Assembly (NCBI RefSeq): GCF_963921235.1
Contig: NC_086097.1
Span: 40,364,001-40,428,000 of the forward strand
Origin: Mobula hypostoma
Lineage: Eukaryota
Direction of reading: 5' to 3'
Length of the DNA stretch: 64,000 bases
A program made the translations under genes and the position numbers. This document shows positions 11,810 through 24,481 of the stretch, one piece after another. Under the pieces are notes generated by a model that ran no database searches, was not told the DNA's origin, and saw nothing but the letters and a program-made list of their open reading frames with translations. Numbering within the stretch: the first letter of the stretch is position 1; every line of letters starts with the position of its first letter.

Positions 11810-12102
11810 CACTAGAAGTTTTTTGAATTGCCTGTCATTGATTCGTTGTCGGTAGGTCGCATCTGAAATTTACTAGTTGGCGAATGATTTCCCTCCACGC
11901 CACTCCGACATATTGGGAAATCATGAACGTGGCAAGTTACAGCAGTGGGTTGCCATTGCCTTCTACCGGGTGAGTTTTTTTTAAAGCCATCACCAGCTGT
12001 TAACCCAGGACAGATGGAGAGTGTGCAAGGGAGCTGGCCGGATTCAACTTGGGACCTCTCGGCCCGAAGTCCAGCGCTGATGCCACTACGCCACCAGCCA
12101 GC
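11810..12102 (-). mobile_element. tRNA-derived SINE with an RTE-derived body
   Basis: The minus strand has an A-box-like TGGCGTAGTGG, a degenerate B-box (AGTTGAATCC) and the RTE/BovA-like GAAGGCAATGGCAACCCACT. The 3' end is approximate. Confidence 0.7.
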
Positions 12103-12215
12103 AAACCTGTTTAATTTGTGTACCTTCCTTAATCTTAGCATCTATTATTATGATTTGAATTTTGAATTATAACAAATAAAGGCAATTTCAAAAAAATGAT
12201 GTGTGATAAGGAAAT

Positions 12216-15180
12216 TTCAGAATCAGGTTTAATATCACTGGCATATGTTATGAAATGAGTTGACTTTGAGGCAGTACAATGCAATACATAATAATAGAGA
12301 ATAAAAACAGAATTACAGTAGTGCAAAAATAGAAATAAAAAGTAGTGAGGTAGTGTTCATGGATTCAATGTCCATTCAGAAATCAGATGGCAGAGGGGAA
12401 GAAGCTGTTCCTGAATTACTGAGTGTGTGCCTTCAGGCTTCCGTACTTCCTTCCTGATGGTAGCAACGAAAAAAGGCAAGCCCTGGCTGTTGGGGGTTCG
12501 TAACGATGGATGCCACCGTTTTGAGGCATCACTCCTTGAAGAAGTCCTGGATACTACACAGGCTAGTACCCATGATGGAGCTGACAAAGTTTACAACTCT
12601 GTAGCCACCTCCACCCCCATACCAGGCGGTGATGCAGCCAGTTAGAATGCTCTCCGTGGTACATCTGTAGAAATTTCCAAGTGACATACCAAATTTCCTC
12701 AAACTCCTAATGGAATGTAGCCATTGGCATGCCTTCTTGGTAGTTGTATCGAGATGTTGGGTCCAGGTTAGATCCTCAGCGATATTGACATCCTGGAACG
12801 TGAAATTGCTCACTCTTTCCAGTTTTGATCTCTCTATGAGGACTGGTGTGTGTTCCCTCATCTTACCCTTTCTGAAGTCCACAATCAGTTCTTTGGTTTT
12901 ACTGACATTGAGGTTGTTGGTGTGACACCACTCAACTAGCTGATATATCTCACTCCTGTACTCCCTCTTGTCACCACCTGAAGTTCTGCCAACCTACTTG
13001 TATCATTAACACATTTATAGATGGCATTTGAGTTCTACCTAGACACACGTTCATGGGTATAGAGAAAGTAGATCATAGGATAAGTGCACATCCCTGAGGT
13101 GTGATTGTCGGTGAGGTGGAGATGTTATTTCCGAGCTGCACAGATTGTTGTCTCCCGGTTAGGAAGTCGAGGATCCAGTTGCAGAGGGAGGTACAGAGGC
13201 CCAGGTTCTGGAGCTTTTTGATCAGAACTGTAGGAATGATGGTGATAAGTGCTGAGCTGTTGTCAATAAACAGCATCCTGACATAGGTATTTGTATTGTC
13301 CAGGTGATCCAAGACCACATAGAGAGCCAATGAGATCACATCCGCCGTAGACCTATTGTGGCAATAGGAAAATTGCAGTGAGTCCACGACCTTGTTGAGA
13401 CAGGAGTTAATTCTAGCCATAGCCAACATCTCAAAGCACTTCATCATCATAGATGTTAGTGCCACTGGGTGATAGTCATTCAGGCAGCTCATCTTGCCCA
13501 GCTTGGGCACTGGTATAAAGCTTGCCTTTTTGAAGCAGGAGGGAAATTCTGACTGCAGTAATGACAGATTGAAAATGTCTTTGAACACCTCCACCACTTG
13601 GTTAGTACAGGTTTTTGAAGCCCTACCGGGTATCCACTGGGGCCTGTCACCTTGTGAGAGTTCACCCTCTTGAAGGACAACCTGATGTCGGCCTGGTGGA
13701 CAGAGATCACAGTGTTACTGAATGCTGCAGGGGTACTCACAGCTGTAGTTTTATTTTCCCATTCAAAGGGAGCATAAGAGGTATTGAGCTCGCCTGGGAT
13801 TGAAGCATCACAGCCATTCATGATATTAGGTTTCACTTTGAAGGAGGTAATGGCCTGCAAACCCTGCCAGATTTGACATGCATCTGATTTCACCTCTGAC
13901 CTCATTCAAAATTGTTCCTTAGCTCTTGAAATAGCCACAAGTCGTACCTAGTTTTCTTGTGCAGACATGGGTCACCAGACTTGAGTGCCTCGGATCTCCC
14001 CCTCAGTAGACCATAAATCTCCTAGTTCATCCACGGCTTTTGATTTGGGTAGGTACAGTATGTTCTAGTAGGCACACACTCATCCACACAGGTTTTAATG
14101 AAGTCAGTGACAGCTGTGATGTACTCATTCAGACTTGAAGCTGGATCCCTGAATACGGTCTAGTCCGCCGATTCAAAGCAGTCCTGTAGGTGCTCCTGCA
14201 CCTCCCTTGTCCAGACCTTCTTGAACGTCGCTACTGGTGCTGCAGTCTTCAGTCTCTGCCTATACTCAGGGAGTAGAGATACAACCAGATGATCAGACTT
14301 TCCGAAGTGCGGACATGGGATGGCACGGCAAGCATTCTTGATGTTAGTGGTCCAGTGTGCTGGCTCCTACAGTATTACAAATGATTTGTTGGTAATAATT
14401 ATTTAGAGACTTTTTCAAGCTGGCCTGGTGAAAATCCCCCAAAATGTTGGGGAAGGCATCAGGATGTGCTGTTTCATGCCTGCTGATTGCATCGCTCACT
14501 TCGTCTACAGCCTGTTTGACACGGGCCAGAGGTGTGATATACACCGCAACCAAGATGATCTCTGAAATCTCCTGCATCAGATAAAATGGATGACACTTGA
14601 TTGTGTGGTGTTCCAGGTCTGAACAGAACTGAAACAGAACTGGGGCAGCACGCACAAAATGCTGAAGGAACTCAGCAGGCCAGTCAGCATCTGTGGAAAA
14701 GAGTACACAGTCAATGTTTCAGGCCGAGACCCTTCATCAGGACCCCTTCCATTGAATAAGGAGGACATTTCATTAATTCTGGAGCGAGAAGCCTCATCCT
14801 TGAGAGCAGATGTGGCGGAGACAGAGGAACAGAGAGAGGGGAATTTCATTTTTACAAGTGACAGAGTGGGAAGAGGTATTGTCCAGGTAGTTGTGACAAT
14901 CAGTGGGTTTATAAATGATATCGGTAGATAGACTGATCCAGCGATAGAGATAGAGAGATTTAGAAGGGGAGGGAGCTGTCAGAAATGGACCAGGTAAATT
15001 AGCAGGCAGAGTGGAAGTTGGAGGCAAAGTTGATGAAGTCGACAAGCTTAGCATGGGTGCAGGAAGCAACACCAATGCAGTTGATGATGATTTTCATGAT
15101 CAGCAGCCCCCAAATCCATAAGATATGCCCAGAAGTTTTCAGCAAGCAAAATCTTTGTTGTCCAGTGTTATTATCGCATA
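12216..15180 (-). mobile_element. Rex1/Babar-like LINE, degraded (APE + RT)
   Basis: Motifs ILGDFHQ..GASTLDH (APE), VFKDIFNLSL..PVALTSMMMKCFE..RMLFIDNSSA..PQGC (RT) and ESILTGCITAWYG. GATTCT tail at 12216. Confidence 0.85.
14645..15085 (-). mobile_element. Penelope fragment (pLTR with hammerhead joined to an RT piece) nested in Rex1
   Basis: The minus strand at 14709-14743 reads GUC CUGAUGA AGGG UCUCGG CCU GAAA CAUU GACU. RT motif IIYKPTDCHNYLD. Confidence 0.8.
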
Positions 15181-15449
15181 CACCATGATCAAGTTACCTC
15201 CTATCATCCTTCACTCCAAAGAGAAAAGCCATAGGTTGCTCAACCTTTTTTTATAATACATGCTTTTTAATCCAGGCAGCATCCAGGTAAATTTCTTTCC
15301 TCCGCACCATCTCTAAAGTGTCCACGTCCTACCTATAATGAGACAACCAGAACTCAACATAATACTTACTCCAAGTGTAGTCTAACTAGAGTTTTATAGA
15401 GCTGTAACATTACCTCAAGGGTTTTGAACTCAATTACCCAACTAACAAA

Positions 15450-16160
15450 GAGATGTGGGAGTTCAGATACATAATTCCCTGAAAGTGGCGTCACAGGTAG
15501 ACAGGGTTGTAAAGAAGGCTTTCGGCATCCTGCCATTCATAAATTAAAATATTGAGTATAGGAGTTGGGATGTTATGGGGAGGTTGAATAAGACATTGGT
15601 GAGGCTAAATTTAGAGTATTGTATACAGTTCTGGTCACCTAACTATAGGAAGGATATCAGTAAGATTGAAAGAGTGCAGAGAAGGTTTACTAGGACGTTG
15701 CCGGGTCTTCAGGAGTTGAGTTACAGGGAAAGATTGAACAGGTTAGGACTTTATTCCTTGGAGCGTAGAAGAATGAGGGGAGATTTGATAGAGGTTTACA
15801 AAATTATGAGGGGTGTAGACAGAGTAAATGTGAATAAGCTCTTTCTACTTAGATTAGGAGAGATAAATACGAGAGGACATGGCTTTAGGGTGAAAGGGGA
15901 AAGGTTTAGGGGGAACATTAGGGGGAACTTCTTCACTCAGAGAATAGTGGGAGTGTGGAATGAGCTGCCATCTGACGTGGTATATGTGGGCTCACTCTTA
16001 AGTTTTAAGAATAAATTGGATAGGTACATGGATGGGAGAGGTCTGGAGGGTTATGGACTTATGCAGGTCAATGGGACTAGTGGAATAATGTTTCGGTACA
16101 GACTAGAAGGGCCGAAGGGCCTGTTTTCTGTGCTGTAGTGTTCTATGGTTCTATGGTTCT
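15450..16160 (+). mobile_element. CR1 LINE 3' part nested in an older minus-strand CR1 (about 15185-16560)
   Basis: ORF 15575..16138 reads LVRLNLEYCIQFWSP..LERRRMRGDLIEVYK..TRGH..FFTQR..WNELP. Tail GTTCTATGGTTCTATGGTTCTA. Confidence 0.9.
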
Positions 16161-17215
16161 AATGAAGGTCAAACAATATATTCCTTCTTAAACACCCTAT
16201 CAACTTGTATGGCTACTTTAAGGGATCTGTGGCCATACCCCAAAGTTCCACGTGTTCCTCTGCACCACTAAGAACCTTATACACTGCTTTTGACCTTCCA
16301 AAGTGTATCGCTTCACATTTCTTTGGATTGAACTCCGTCTGCCATTTCACAAACCAGCTCTGCATCTCATTAATGTTCCATTGCAACCTACGACAATTTT
16401 CTACATTGTCTACACCACCACCGACATTCATGTCATCTACAAATTTGCTAATCAGTCTTGCCCTTCCTCATCTAAGTCATTTATAAAAAAATCACAACAA
16501 GCAGGTGGTCCTAGAACAGATCCCTGCAGAACACCACTGGTTACCGACCTCCAGGCCTTCAAAAGCTGAACTAGACTTAATTTATACAAATTACACATTC
16601 TATTATAGTGCAAAGTGGTCAGGGTGTTATAGTAATTAGAGCTGTGCTGGTTGGTTCAAAAACTGAATGGTTTAAGGGAAGTAGTGCTTTATCTCTTCTG
16701 AAGTTTGCTTATCATGCACTGAATAAATTAGTTAACTTTAATTTGCTCAGTTTTTAGTCACTTCAATTAGCAATATAGAACAGCAAACATTTCCAATACG
16801 TGGTTGGCACTAGAACTTTAATTGGTCTTTGAATAGTAATATATTACCAACATACAGCGACAGCTCTGTGCCCTTGGCAGTCCTAACAGAGTTAAACTGC
16901 GAGAAGTTTACTTCTGTTTATTGCAATAAACTAATCCCAGCATGGAAAGAAAATCTACAATTTATCTAAATTGCAATTATCAGGGGAGCAACTGTATCTG
17001 TTGTACAGAAAATGGCTTTCACAGTCCATTCACATACATAGAAAATTGAAATGTATTACTGCTGGGCTACACTTCTGAAGTGCAGTCTTTCACAGAGTTC
17101 AATGTCAAGTGGAAGAGGGCTTCAGTGTATTTAATATCGACAGGTATCTGAGTGAGAATGCTCCAGACTTAAGCTTTGAGAGGGGTGCCTGGAATGGGCA
17201 GAAAGAAACCAAGGG

Positions 17216-17560
17216 TCTGAATTTATAGTTTCTTTCACAAGCTCAGGATTCCCAAAGTGCTTTACAACCAAGGAAGTACTTTTGAAATATAGACATTATT
17301 GTCATATAGGAAATGGAGAAAGCTTCTACAAGCAGCAATGCAATTATACCAAGATGATCTATTTTGCTTATGTTGGTTGGAAGATATTCATCAAAATAGA
17401 GGAGACAATTCTCGAACCAGAGCCACAGGGAATTCCGTTTATCCACCTGGGAGAGCAGGCAGCGTTTCAATTTAAGTGACTCATATGAAAGCCAGCACTC
17501 CCAACCGTGCAGCACCTTCCTTGTATTGCACTGAAGCATTTGTGCTGATTTTGGCTTAAT
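17216..17560 (-). mobile_element. Ancient DeuSINE (SacSINE1/AmnSINE-like)
   Basis: The minus strand CAGTGCAATAC..GTGCTGCAC..CAGGTGGA..CAAAAGTACTTCCTTGGTTGTAAAGCACTTTGGGAATCCTGAG..GTGAAAG resembles the shark Deu-domain SINE as I recall it; no database check. Confidence 0.7.
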
Positions 17561-19059
17561 GTTTTAGACTACTCACCCTTACTCAGGATGCCAATGTGTA
17601 ATCAGCACTCCAACAGGGGAGAGATCTTCTGCTTCCAGGGCTGCAGAAGCTCTTATGCCTGATAGACTTCAACCTTACAGCAGTGGCAAGTCTTCTCGTA
17701 GTGCCAAAGGAACGTGTGATCACCGCAATGCAAAAGCATAATTCTTCCCCCCTCCTCCTCAATGGGTCGTGTGCTCTTGGTAAATTTCACGGGAGCAATA
17801 TTAAACTTGGAAGGATGTTGTAATGCTGCTCCAGCTAAGCTACTGGCGATCGTGAAGACCGTGGCCACCAGTCAATCTCTGGCGAGGCTCTCCTTAGGTT
17901 AATGCACTGAGTGAAGTACTGAAGCTGGTGGGATGTCACGAGCTTCCCTCTAGTGCTCACAGTTTCAGTGGTTTTAACGACCCGCTCTCCCTTCCATGTT
18001 AGCTGACTTCCTTTCTGAATCAGTGCTCTACTTCTGACAGAAAGGACTGAACAGGCTCTGGGGCTTATCCAGTCTTATCCTTAGGATAGTTAAGGAAATT
18101 TGGAGTCTCTGGAATGGCAGAAGTCTGCCAGTTACATGCCCGGAGGTCCCCAGTTATTGTTCAATTAAAGTGGCTTTAAGTGCAAATCACTAACTGAGTA
18201 TTACAAATCAAGCGGAGTGCACTTTGAATGCCTTGCTACTCCATTGATGTAAAATGTGTTGGGAACACAGTGATATGTGTTTCCTTAAAATAAATATATC
18301 CATTTTTTTGCAATTTACAAGATTTTGAGTGATTTCTTAAAGGGGAAAACAGGACTATTTATAAACAATACTGTGTAAGTAAACTTTATATATTTTGTTG
18401 ACGCGAAAACAGCCAGAAATCATATGCCATCTGCTGACAACATTGGCAAACTACAGCTCACAAAGCTTATTTCCCATTCCATTGTTTTAAGTTGTAAATA
18501 GTTCTTTTAGATACTTAGAAAAGTTCAAAGTTCAAAGTAAATTTATTATAAAAGTACATATATGTAATTGTATACTACTCTGAGATTCATTTTACTGACA
18601 GCATCCATGATAAATACAAATAAACACAACAGAATCAATGAAAAATCATACAAAAGACAAACAACCAATGTCAATGTGGTTGTCTGGACAACAATTGCAG
18701 CATTTTTGAAAACTATATACATATCTATTAAAAAGATAAAGTTAGAAGTATAAATTATACTTAATGGCAAAGCACTGTAGCATTTTTTCTGCTATCTACT
18801 CTGTTTCACAGACACATGGCTCCCTCTCAACTTCCCTCACACAGCGATCCAGTCCAAGGGCTTTACAATCCACTTCATGAACTGGATAGCTGTGTCAAGT
18901 AAAGCATCATCACGTGCTTTTGATAAACTTGTTGTGATGCATAGACATAGTTGTCTTGTCCCATTCCTGCTCCTCTGACCTGGAACGTCTGGGAGTGGAG
19001 TGCTGACCTCTCTACCTTCCACGGGAGTTCGCCGCCTTCGTCCTGACTGCAGTCTATAT

Positions 19060-20400
19060 CTCACCTCATATAGACACCAACACGGCTATGAAAAATGGTT
19101 CAAGAATCCGTCAGCGGCCCTAAATGAATATGCCATAGTCACTGCTGACTTCATAAAAACATGTATGAGTGTGTACCAACAAAAACATTCAAAGTCTTCC
19201 CCAATCAGAAGCCCTGGAATGAGCAGGTGATTTGTAAACTTCTGAGGACTAGTTCCATGTGGTTTAGGACTAGTGACCCAGGGATATATAATAAATTCAA
19301 TGACATCCTCCAGAAGGCCATGGCAAGTGCAGGAGCAATTTCAGACTAAACTGGAATCACAGGATGGACTCTCGACAGCTGTGGAAGGGCTTTCACAGCA
19401 CAACTTCCTACAACCTGAGATTGAGTACCTTAAGTGCAAATGACCCTTCACTCCTGGATGAGACCAATGCCTTTTTCGCACATTTGATAGGGAGAACTAT
19501 GACACATGCACACAAAGCCCTCATGTCTCCAGATGACCCGGCAGTTTCAGTCACCGGGGCCCATATCTGGGCATCCCTCCAGATGGCGAATCCAGAAAAG
19601 ACATTTGGTTTAGATGGTGTACCTGGCTGAGTATTAAAGATCTGCGTGGACTAACTGACTGGAGTACTTACAAACATATTTAACCTCTCTCATCTGCAAT
19701 ATGAGATTCCCACCTGCTTCAAAAGGGCATCTATTGTATTATTTCCTAGAAGAGCGTGGTGAATTGTCTCAATGGTCATGTTACAGCAACCGTAAATAGA
19801 GTAAATGCTTTGAGAGATTGCTTATGGCACAAGCCAGCTGCTTCAAATATTACTTTCTTTTCCTCCAGTTGGCCACAACAGGTCAACTGCAGATGCTGTC
19901 TTTCTTGCTTTTCACTCTGCTCTGGACCATCTGGGAAAAAAAGGAACTCATACATCAGGCTATTTTTCAGCAACTACAGCTCAATATAATCATCCCGTCT
20001 ATACTCATCAAGCTTCAGGAACTGGGCCTTTGTACCTCTCTCTGCAATTGGATCCTCTACTTCCTCATCAGCAGACCACACAACATCTCCTCCTCATTCT
20101 CCATCAACTTAGGGCTGTGTGCATAGCCCTAGCACTGCTGTCTGTACCGTTACGCACCATTGAGTGGCTAAGCACGGCTCCAATGCCATTTTCAAATTCA
20201 CCAACAACACTACTACTGTTGGACGTCAGAGGAGATTATGAGTTTGTTAAGTAGAATGAGATGGGTCTTCTGGTTGAGTGGTGTAAAACAAACTCTCACT
20301 CATCATCAGCAAAACTGTGATGCTGATACAGGTAAGTTTTTCATCGCACCTGTGCATAAGTTGGCTGGTGCATATGACAACAAACTTCATTTTGTCTTAG
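19060..20400 (+). mobile_element. Rex1/Babar-like LINE, degraded
   Basis: [42 protein letters not shown]. Confidence 0.8.
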
Positions 20401-21199
20401 GCTCTAATTTTCCAGACTATTGGATGGTAAAGGGAGGATCTAGAGGCTATCCTTTCATCTATTTCCTTTGTTCTCATGAAGGTTCATTACTCTACAGAAA
20501 GCAAAGTTGTTCAATTTTATTAATTCATATTTAAAGGAAGCATAAAGGTAGTGCAAGAATCATTTCAAAGAAAGACTTTGCTTGAAGTAAATCTATTATT
20601 CCATCAGGACCAGTTGTTGTAGATAATTGCCTGAAAAAAATATTAACATGTCTTGTTGAAGTTTTGCATTGAACAATCGTGTTGCAGCAATGACTTCATT
20701 TGAATACTTTATTTCATGGAGAAGATATACTTGAGGTAAGGATGTAACTGTAGATCCACGGAATGAGACAGTAATATCTCATAAACAGATGATTTTTCTA
20801 CTGATGTTTAATGTAGCTAAATGACAATCTAAGTAGATTTTTCATTTCTAATTATCTCTGTAATGTAACCTATTAAATAATTTGTTTATCAAAATAATTC
20901 AGTACCTCCATAATCCAGACTTCTGAATATTCTAAGTGATTAACAGAACAAATTGAAGTCTATAAAGTCTCTTGATCCTAATCCACTGTTCAAAGAGATA
21001 TGGGCTAATCCTTGACTTCATCCACTTTTGCTCACAATCTCTATTGTCATCTGAATTGATCACAAATTAAAACTCTACCATCAATAACTTTGAGTATGTT
21101 CAGTGACCGAGTATCCATAGCCCTCTGAGGTAGAGAATGCCAAGAATTAATTAATATCAGTTTGGAAACTGATGCTTTTTATACTGAGCTACAGGACTG

Positions 21200-21537
21200 A
21201 AGAAGATGGAACCTGTTAGGTGGAAATGGTAAAGGGCTGAAGATGGAGGAATTTGATAGGGGCTATCATATTCTTGTCAGATTCCTCCTTCTTCAGCAGG
21301 CCTTTACCTTTTCCTCCTATCTTCTTCCAGCTTCTCACTTCACCCCCCTCCCCCACCACATACCTTCTCCCTCACCTGGCTTCACCTATCACCTTCCAAC
21401 TTGTACTCCTTCCCCACCCCCCACCTTCTTATCCTGGCTTCTTTCTCCTTCCTTTCCTGCCCAAAACATTGACTTTTTATTTCTCACAGTACATGCTGCC
21501 TGACTGACTGAATTCCTCTAGCATTTTGTATGTGTTA
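21200..21537 (+). mobile_element. Decayed Penelope pLTR fragment
   Basis: Pyrimidine-rich pLTR-like body ending GCCCAAAACATTGAC..ATGCTGCCTGACT..GCATTTTGTATGTGTT. Confidence 0.6.
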
Positions 21538-22034
21538 TTTGATAGGCTGATGTCTTTCTTTTGTGCTGTAAGAAAATAACGAAGATATCTGACCACAAAA
21601 TTAAAAAAGACACATTGCCTTTGCATCAGTGTAATAAAAATAAATAAACTATTCCACTCTAAAACTCTTAGTACAGTATTGAAGTCTGTCAGTGGTCAAA
21701 TCCACTAAATTACATTAAAAATTGTATATAGTCCCTCAAACATGCATTTAGCTGTAAGCCAAAAACAGCTGTGTAAAAGGTAGAGGCAGTCTATTTTGTT
21801 AAGAAAACCTACTTAGTTTATTTGTTTGCTATTAATCAGCATTGTTAACATTGTTACTAATGGAACATAAAGGCACTCCAGCTGTTAAATTCCATTTGAA
21901 AAATGTTCTGCTATAACTAGAACTGATCCACTTTACTATCCATTTCAGTAACTACTTACTAAACCCTCTTTTTGAGCTGCAATATGGTGGTTTAGCTAGT
22001 TAAGGAGCACTTAGCTGAGCAAATTAGACAAGTA

Positions 22035-22835
22035 GGGGCAGAGCTATGATGGCACTTGACAGCTACTTCCTCAAGCTCATCTGAGGAAACAGCTTAATTT
22101 CTACCTTTAACGTCTCTCTTTTTCCTTTTCAAGGTGGATGGGCTTCTGCAAAAGACCCTGAAAGAGAGCTAAACTCAAACTACAGTTCTTTGCGACCGGC
22201 TGTTTATCGATATCGCAAGGACGTGGCCTACACGACAAGTGCTGAGGCTTTGTTGCCCTGGGGACGAGCAGATTCTATGCCACTGCCACCGAATGAAGCA
22301 TCGTGGGAGAAAACCGAACAGTGGGTCAGCTGCCGTGGGCTCTGTACTTGGATCATGCTATCTCTCTCTCTCTCGCATCAGTGGGGGAGTTTGTTGCCCA
22401 TTCGCGTGTCAGAGAACTTGTGGGGGAGAAAGCAATGTGCTAGGCTTTAATACGATAAATCAGTGAGTTGTTTGACTTTGCTGGTCTCCCCTCTCGTTGT
22501 GAAAGGGTTCCCTTTATTAGGGAGAAAGAGAGCCTGTGGTATGTCGAATTGTCGGGTGAACGATTACTGCAGATCATGGTCTTTGTTATTGCATGATTGG
22601 TTGGTGGAGGGTGCTGATGCTTTTTTTTACTGAAGTAAGTGGGGTGTGGGAGGGTTGCTGCCTTGCCGTTGCTTGTGCCTGGGTGTCTGGGGGGCTTTGG
22701 GGTTCTAACATTTTTACTGTCACTCATTCTTTGGGGCACTCTTCTGTATTTGTGAATGTCTGCGATGAACAAGAATTTCAGGTTGTATATTGTATATATT
22801 CTCTGATATTAAATGGAACCATTGAACTATTGAAC
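22035..22835 (+). mobile_element. Non-coding ~0.8-kb repeat with a LINE-like (ATTGAAC) tail, copy 1
   Basis: Colinear with 59975-61052, sharing CAAGCTCATCTG, TATTAGGGAGAAAG, GAGGGTTG..GCCTTGCCG and CTCTGATATTAAATGGAAC. Confidence 0.75.
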
Positions 22836-22997
22836 AAAAATTTTGCTTGATCCTTCTTTCGGATGATGCGGTGCGGGAGCAAAGAGTGCTCGAGGTCGAT
22901 GGACGACTGGAGATCGGAGGATCGGAGGATCAGCCATTGTAGGTAGGCCGAGGAAGATCGGGACTACCTAGACATTACCTGAGGAGGAAGGTAAAAC

Positions 22998-23043
22998 TGC
23001 GCAGGCGCGGGTGACGTCAGCAGCGAACGCGGAGTTTAAAAAG
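22998..23043 (+). promoter_or_regulatory. Putative internal Pol II promoter of the CR1 (NRF1-like, CRE and TATA-like sites)
   Basis: TGCGCAGGCGCG (22998-23009), TGACGTCA (23012-23019) and TTTAAAAAG (23035-23043). Confidence 0.45.
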
Positions 23044-23246
23044 AGGCCCACTTTCAGGTGCGGGCAGCGTCGGTGTGGGCAGCAGAGTGTGCGGGAGCAG
23101 AGTGCTGGGCTTTGGCTCAGTGGGCTTCAGCGTAAGGGGGTCTTCGGTGAGGGGTAATCAGTGAGCCTGAGTACGTGCTTGCTGAGGAAAAAAGGTAAGG
23201 TTGGTAGGTACCTTTTCATTTATTCTGATTAATCTGGGATCAGGTA

Positions 23247-24290
23247 ATGGGGGAGATAGTTAGAGCAGTGGTGTACTCCGTATGCAGTATGTGGGAGGTC
23301 AGGGTCAACGCAGTTGTCCCTGATGACCACACCTGCAGAAGGTGCATCCAGCTGCAGCTCCTATCAGAGTGAGTTAGGGAATTGGAGCTGGAGCTGGACG
23401 AACTACGGATCATTCGGGAGGCAGAGACAGAGATAGATAAGAGTTATCGGGAGGTCGTCACACCGAAAATACAGGAGGTAGGCAACTGGGTGACTGTCCG
23501 GAGATGGAGGAGGAGCAGGCAGAGAGAGCAGAGCACCCCTGTGGCCATTCCCATCAACAATAAGTATACCGTTTTGGATACTGTTGGTGGGGATGACCTA
23601 CCAGGAACAAGTTGCAGTGGTCCTGTCTCTGGCACCGAGGTTGGACCCTCGACTCAGAAGGGGAGGAGGGAAGAGAGGACAGCAGTAGTGATAGGGGATT
23701 CTATAGTCAGGGGGGCAGATAGGAAATTTTGTGGGGGAGATCGGGAGTCTCGGATGGTATGTTGCCTCCCTGGTGCCGGGGTCCAGGACATCTCAGATCG
23801 GGTGCAGGTTATTCTCAAGAGGGAGAGCAAGAATCCAGATGTTGTGGTCCATGTAGGGACCAATGACGTGGGTAGGAAGAGTGAGGGGGTCCTGCGTAGT
23901 GAGTTCAGGGAGTTAGGTGTGAAGCTGAAGGGCAGGACCTCCAGGGTAACAATCTTAGGATTGCTACCTATGCTACGTGCGAGTGAGGCGAGGAACAGAA
24001 GGATTATACAGATCAATACGTGGCTGAGATGATGGTGCAGGAGGGAGGGCTTCAGGTTTTTAGATAATTGGGCTTTGTTCCAGGGAAGGTGGGATCTGTT
24101 CCGACGGGACTGTTTACACCTGAACTGGAGGGGTACTAATATTCTTGCAGGAAAGTTTGCTAGTGCTGCTTGGGGGGGGTTTAAACTAAATTTGCAGGAG
24201 GCAGGGATCCAGAATGTGAGAGAGGATAGCGAGATGAAGTATAAAGGACAGGTGGGGTTACACGGTTCCAGAATATTAAATGTGAAGTAG
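23247..24290 (+). pseudogene. CR1 ORF1 (zinc finger/leucine zipper and SGNH esterase)
   Basis: From ATG 23247: YSVC..TCRRC..LELELDEL, VIGDSIVRG, CLPGA, HVGTND and DCLH. In-frame stops at 23370 and 24030. Confidence 0.9.
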
Positions 24291-24481
24291 AGAAAGGTGA
24301 GGTGGAACGAGTGATAAGGAGGATACATATGCAGAAGGATGGTCTGATGGAGCATGGAGTTAAATGTGCAGAAAGAGTAAATTTAAGAAGGACAACAAAA
24401 TTCAAGGGGCGTATAGCCCGGTGAGAGTTCGGGGAGCTGGGTTATGCACAATAGGCAGCGATTTAAACAGAGAGAGGAGAA

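Noticed and set aside
23382..24290. Cellular SGNH/GDSL esterase gene
   Set aside because: It is CR1 ORF1, directly upstream of the APE-RT ORF2.
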